This document shows positions 60,964-64,000 of a DNA stretch of 64,000 nucleotides, in pieces. The first letter of the stretch is position 1. Every line of letters starts with the position of its first letter. Location of the stretch: the NCBI GenBank assembly GCA_965215015.1, contig OZ244042.1, forward strand, positions 384,001 through 448,000, written 5' to 3'. The notes beneath the pieces are model-generated. The model searched no databases and was not told where the DNA came from. It saw only the letters and a list, made by a program, of their open reading frames with translations. Source of the DNA: Candidatus Poribacteria bacterium. GTDB lineage: Bacteria; Poribacteria; WGA-4E; PCPOR2b. The position numbers and the translations under genes were made by a program.

Positions 60964-61544
60964 TACTGTACCTCCTTTGAAAATTTCGTTTGAAGCAAAT
61001 CCCACAGTTTCGATAAGGTACCATCATCGCTTACCGCGTTCGCTATGATTGCGTATCGCCGCTGTCTGGTTTTGATCTGAAAATACTCATTTACTCGTGC
61101 AAACTCGTAGAAATCTTGCACATCGATCTCTTTAGATTTGCCTTCAACGAATAGGTTATACGCTTTTGTATTGAACAAACGGTTGCGCTCTAGCTCCTGA
61201 TTTGCAAAAATAGAAGCTTTCCTGTGTTTAACCGGCAGGTCATTGTGAATGGCACCGAGGTCTACAGTTTTTATCCACTTCAAGCCTGCGGGACTTAGCA
61301 TCCAACCTTTCGTATTGTTTCCGACCACCAATTCTCCATATTGGGTTTTCTTCGCGTCTTGGAGCGCGAAATTAACAGCCACTATATCAATGTGCTCAGG
61401 ATATTTTCGCCAATTAAAACGCCCGGGGGCAATATTATTCACCTTGAGGGCGATATCCTCTCGATCAACATACACTGTATCTCCGTCTAAGAGTGCTACC
61501 GCTATCGTCACGAGTTGTGGTTTTGTGAATTCAACCCTTTGCAT
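60963..61544 (-). CDS. Hypothetical protein with probable N-terminal winged-helix domain
   Basis: Overlaps both neighbours; EDIA...F.WRKYP...GWMLSPAGLKW resembles a wHTH wing ending. Confidence 0.72.
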   Translation of the reverse strand: MQRVEFTKPQLVTIAVALLDGDTVYVDREDIALKVNNIAPGRFNWRKYPEHIDIVAVNFALQDAKKTQYGELVVGNNTKGWMLSPAGLKWIKTVDLGAIHNDLPVKHRKASIFANQELERNRLFNTKAYNLFVEGKSKEIDVQDFYEFARVNEYFQIKTRQRRYAIIANAVSDDGTLSKLWDLLQTKFSKEVQ

Positions 61545-63945
61545 TTCTCCCGTCCTTTTCTATTATAACTGTTCTTTGCCATGTGTTGAATATAAACTTC
61601 ACGCGCTCTCCCGGCTGGCAGTTCAGCAGTTCAAAGTTTTTTTTCAAACGTCGAAACTCATTTTTAACTGCATATAGTTCACCTGCCTCCTCACCAGCCA
61701 CATAGCAGGGCCAGTTACCGCTTAAATGCCTAAACTCTTCGCAAGAAATTGTGCCTGAGCCCACAGCAATTGCGCTAAGGGTGACACTCACTATAATGTT
61801 TCCGTTCGTGTCGTACTCAATCTCCGGACAAAGGGACTGTCGTTCTCCAGCAGTTTTGGCACGTTCTATATCCTGGTAGGTTATTTCTCCTCCACGCAGC
61901 TTATATAAACCTGACTGTACTTTATCAAACAAGGGAGAAGAATTTAGGGTTTTGTGTAAGGTAGGCAAAGATAGTTCACTTTCTATAAAGGCGTGAACTA
62001 ATTCGGAATGATGCAGCACCGGTCCAATTTGCTCTAAACAATTCATTATGATGGTTTCGCCTTGATTTAGATTCTCATCGTAGTCACCAGCCCAATAGTA
62101 TAATTCATCGTCAGACTGGTAGCCTCCAATCCTAAGTATCTCAGCCATCACATCGGGAGGAGGCACAGGAAACACCGATCCATCAGTACCCTTGCCTGCT
62201 AGGTATGCTGGTACAGAGGATCCTGACCTTGATATCCCGTATCTTATACCAGCACAGAGGTCATCAATACCCAATCGCCCACAGTACTGAAACATCTGGC
62301 GCAGACAACGATGGAAAACGTCGCTATATGAGATTTGGTGGGGAGCAAACCAATCTTTGGAAAGTACTCTGTATCCTAGCCCCTGCAATATGTCTTTCAT
62401 CTCTTCTAGCTTTCTGTCGCTTTCTTGTGAAAGCCATTTAACGTGTACGCCGCCGGAAAACTTTGTATGCCGGTTAATGAGTCTGTTGACTTCATCAGGT
62501 AGAATATCACGTGCATATAGGATTCTCGCAGGGATATTTGGTGTGCCTGAAGCTGCAAGTTGTACGGCATACTGTAAATTCTCAGGCATTTGCAGCCAAT
62601 GAATTTTACAGTCACCCAGCAGCTTGCAGATTGCAATCATAGTTTCAACTGCATCCATACCAACAAAATCTCGTGATGTCCAATCACCAACAAGGCCTGA
62701 TGACAGAATACGCTGTGCCCATTGCTCATAGGTAATATCGAGACCCAAATCTCCCGCGATGAGGAGAGCGGATTGCATTCTATGCAAAGCGGGTTTAGCT
62801 TTCAGGTTCCCGATGGAGGTAGCCTTGTTCTTAAGTTCACCACGTACTTGCCTCACTCTTTCACGTGAAATACCTAGCTCCTCTCCAGTCTGTCTTAGGT
62901 TTTTAGGTTTCAAGCCATACGTGGAAAGCAAAACAGTCGTACGATACTGTCCAGGAATCTGGTTGAGTAAAAATTCAATCTCTTCACAGATGTTCAATGA
63001 GGAACCCAAAATGGTTGCTAAAACCTCATATACATGGTTGTTCTCTATCGTTTCAGCCTCTACAAGCCAGTCTTTTATGAGTTTTTCTGCAACAATCGCC
63101 TCCTTGTGGAGCAATCCCCTTGATAGCTGCTTCTTGATTAATTCTGATGGCCATCTGACAGCTACCCATGGGATTACATCTGTATTCACTTCAACTTCAG
63201 AATCATTGAGGAATTTCGCTTGATTCAACTTCTCTTTTATTTCTAAGATAGATTTTCTGCCAAGCCCACGGATAGTTTTGAGCCTATCTGATTTAATTCG
63301 CTGTATAACTTCTCCAACCGTTTGGATACCCTCGCGTGTAAGAGCATTGAAAGAACGATTCCTCAATTGTAATTGCTCAATGGAATCTTCCTGTGAAAGA
63401 TAGATGTCACTTTGATCTAGCATTGTGTCTATATTCGCGTCCCCCTCAGAGCTAGTTGGAGGCTCACCCGATTCGACATGTTGCTCAATCTCTTTAACCG
63501 TCTGATTCTCTGTGTGTAGCTTGGGAGGTGTGAAATCTTCTCGTGGAAAGGGAACATCATTCTGGTCTGGTATCGCGTTTGTATTTGCTTCAATCTCAGA
63601 ATTATCAACGATTTCCAATTGAGCCAACTTAACTTTTATTTCTAAGATAGATGCACTTCTAAGACCGTGAATAGCTCGAAGCTCGCCCGATTCAACTAGT
63701 TTTAATACTCCTCCAATTGTCTGAACACCTATGCCTGTGAGTGAGTTAAAAGAATATTTCGTTAAGTTTAGTTTCTCAATGGAATCTCGCTGTGAGAGAT
63801 AGGGGGTGATCTGCTGTTTGGTTGTTACCAGTTGTTCCGGCATGTCAACCGTTATCTGATTCGACATCTTGTCCGAATCTGCCACTTCATCCAATGCAGC
63901 CACATTGGTCTTAAAGATGGTGGATATACGCTTAAAAAATCCCAT
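61531..63945 (-). CDS. Multidomain protein: PspA-like N-terminus, two RNAP alpha-CTD repeats, sigma70 region 4 HTH, uncharacterised C-terminus
   Basis: MGFFKRISTIFKTNV...DKM..Q...DM.EQL; SIEKLNL...LEIKVKL and SIEQLQLRNRSFNALTREGIQTVGEV...IRGLGRKSILEIKEKL; LRQTGEELGISRERVRQ; AGGAGG RBS. Confidence 0.82.
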   Translation of the reverse strand: MGFFKRISTIFKTNVAALDEVADSDKMSNQITVDMPEQLVTTKQQITPYLSQRDSIEKLNLTKYSFNSLTGIGVQTIGGVLKLVESGELRAIHGLRSASILEIKVKLAQLEIVDNSEIEANTNAIPDQNDVPFPREDFTPPKLHTENQTVKEIEQHVESGEPPTSSEGDANIDTMLDQSDIYLSQEDSIEQLQLRNRSFNALTREGIQTVGEVIQRIKSDRLKTIRGLGRKSILEIKEKLNQAKFLNDSEVEVNTDVIPWVAVRWPSELIKKQLSRGLLHKEAIVAEKLIKDWLVEAETIENNHVYEVLATILGSSLNICEEIEFLLNQIPGQYRTTVLLSTYGLKPKNLRQTGEELGISRERVRQVRGELKNKATSIGNLKAKPALHRMQSALLIAGDLGLDITYEQWAQRILSSGLVGDWTSRDFVGMDAVETMIAICKLLGDCKIHWLQMPENLQYAVQLAASGTPNIPARILYARDILPDEVNRLINRHTKFSGGVHVKWLSQESDRKLEEMKDILQGLGYRVLSKDWFAPHQISYSDVFHRCLRQMFQYCGRLGIDDLCAGIRYGISRSGSSVPAYLAGKGTDGSVFPVPPPDVMAEILRIGGYQSDDELYYWAGDYDENLNQGETIIMNCLEQIGPVLHHSELVHAFIESELSLPTLHKTLNSSPLFDKVQSGLYKLRGGEITYQDIERAKTAGERQSLCPEIEYDTNGNIIVSVTLSAIAVGSGTISCEEFRHLSGNWPCYVAGEEAGELYAVKNEFRRLKKNFELLNCQPGERVKFIFNTWQRTVIIEKDGRNAKG

Positions 63946-64000
63946 ACTACGCCTCCTGTAACAGTGAACGTTTTATCGAATTTGATACACTTTTTGATGT

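Noticed and set aside
61531-63945. Calling the 804-aa protein rpoA, a sigma factor or pspA
   Set aside because: It lacks the alpha-NTD, sigma region 2 and the full PspA coiled coil; only isolated modules are present.
1-64000. CRISPR array
   Set aside because: Repeats are dispersed or simple two-copy tandems; there is no regular repeat-spacer series and no cas genes.

Overview
Bacterial chromosomal window with no rRNA, tRNA or CRISPR array. It is dominated by catabolic genes: nine PhyH-type Fe(II)/2-oxoglutarate dioxygenase domains (one fused to HEAT repeats), a sulfatase, beta-propeller hydrolases, dehydrogenases and transporters. This profile suggests Candidatus Poribacteria or a similar lineage (inference only). 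All product calls come from motif recognition by eye; no database search was run. Left end (1-8275, minus strand): a corrinoid methyl-transfer cluster with a hypothetical protein carrying a duplicated FPCGxxH motif, an MtaA/CmuA-family methyltransferase, a corrinoid protein, a RACE activator with an extra 4-Cys N-terminal domain, a MetF with a C-terminal MetV-like domain, and an AcsE-like pterin-binding methyltransferase. Inside it sits a PhyH protein whose iron motif is HxG instead of HxD, the signature of non-heme iron halogenases. Right end (59434-63945, minus strand): a translationally coupled, AT-richer three-gene operon. It encodes a PspA-like N-terminus fused to two RNAP alpha-CTD repeats and a sigma70 region 4 HTH, a winged-helix protein, and a MORC-like GHKL ATPase with a late in-frame stop. 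This is a candidate undescribed defence or DNA-acting system. Intergenic regions hold at least four families of MITE/REP-like elements, including a nested insertion with target-site duplications, plus several pseudogene remnants. Housekeeping genes prs, trpF and sppA and a Lol-like ABC export module are also present.
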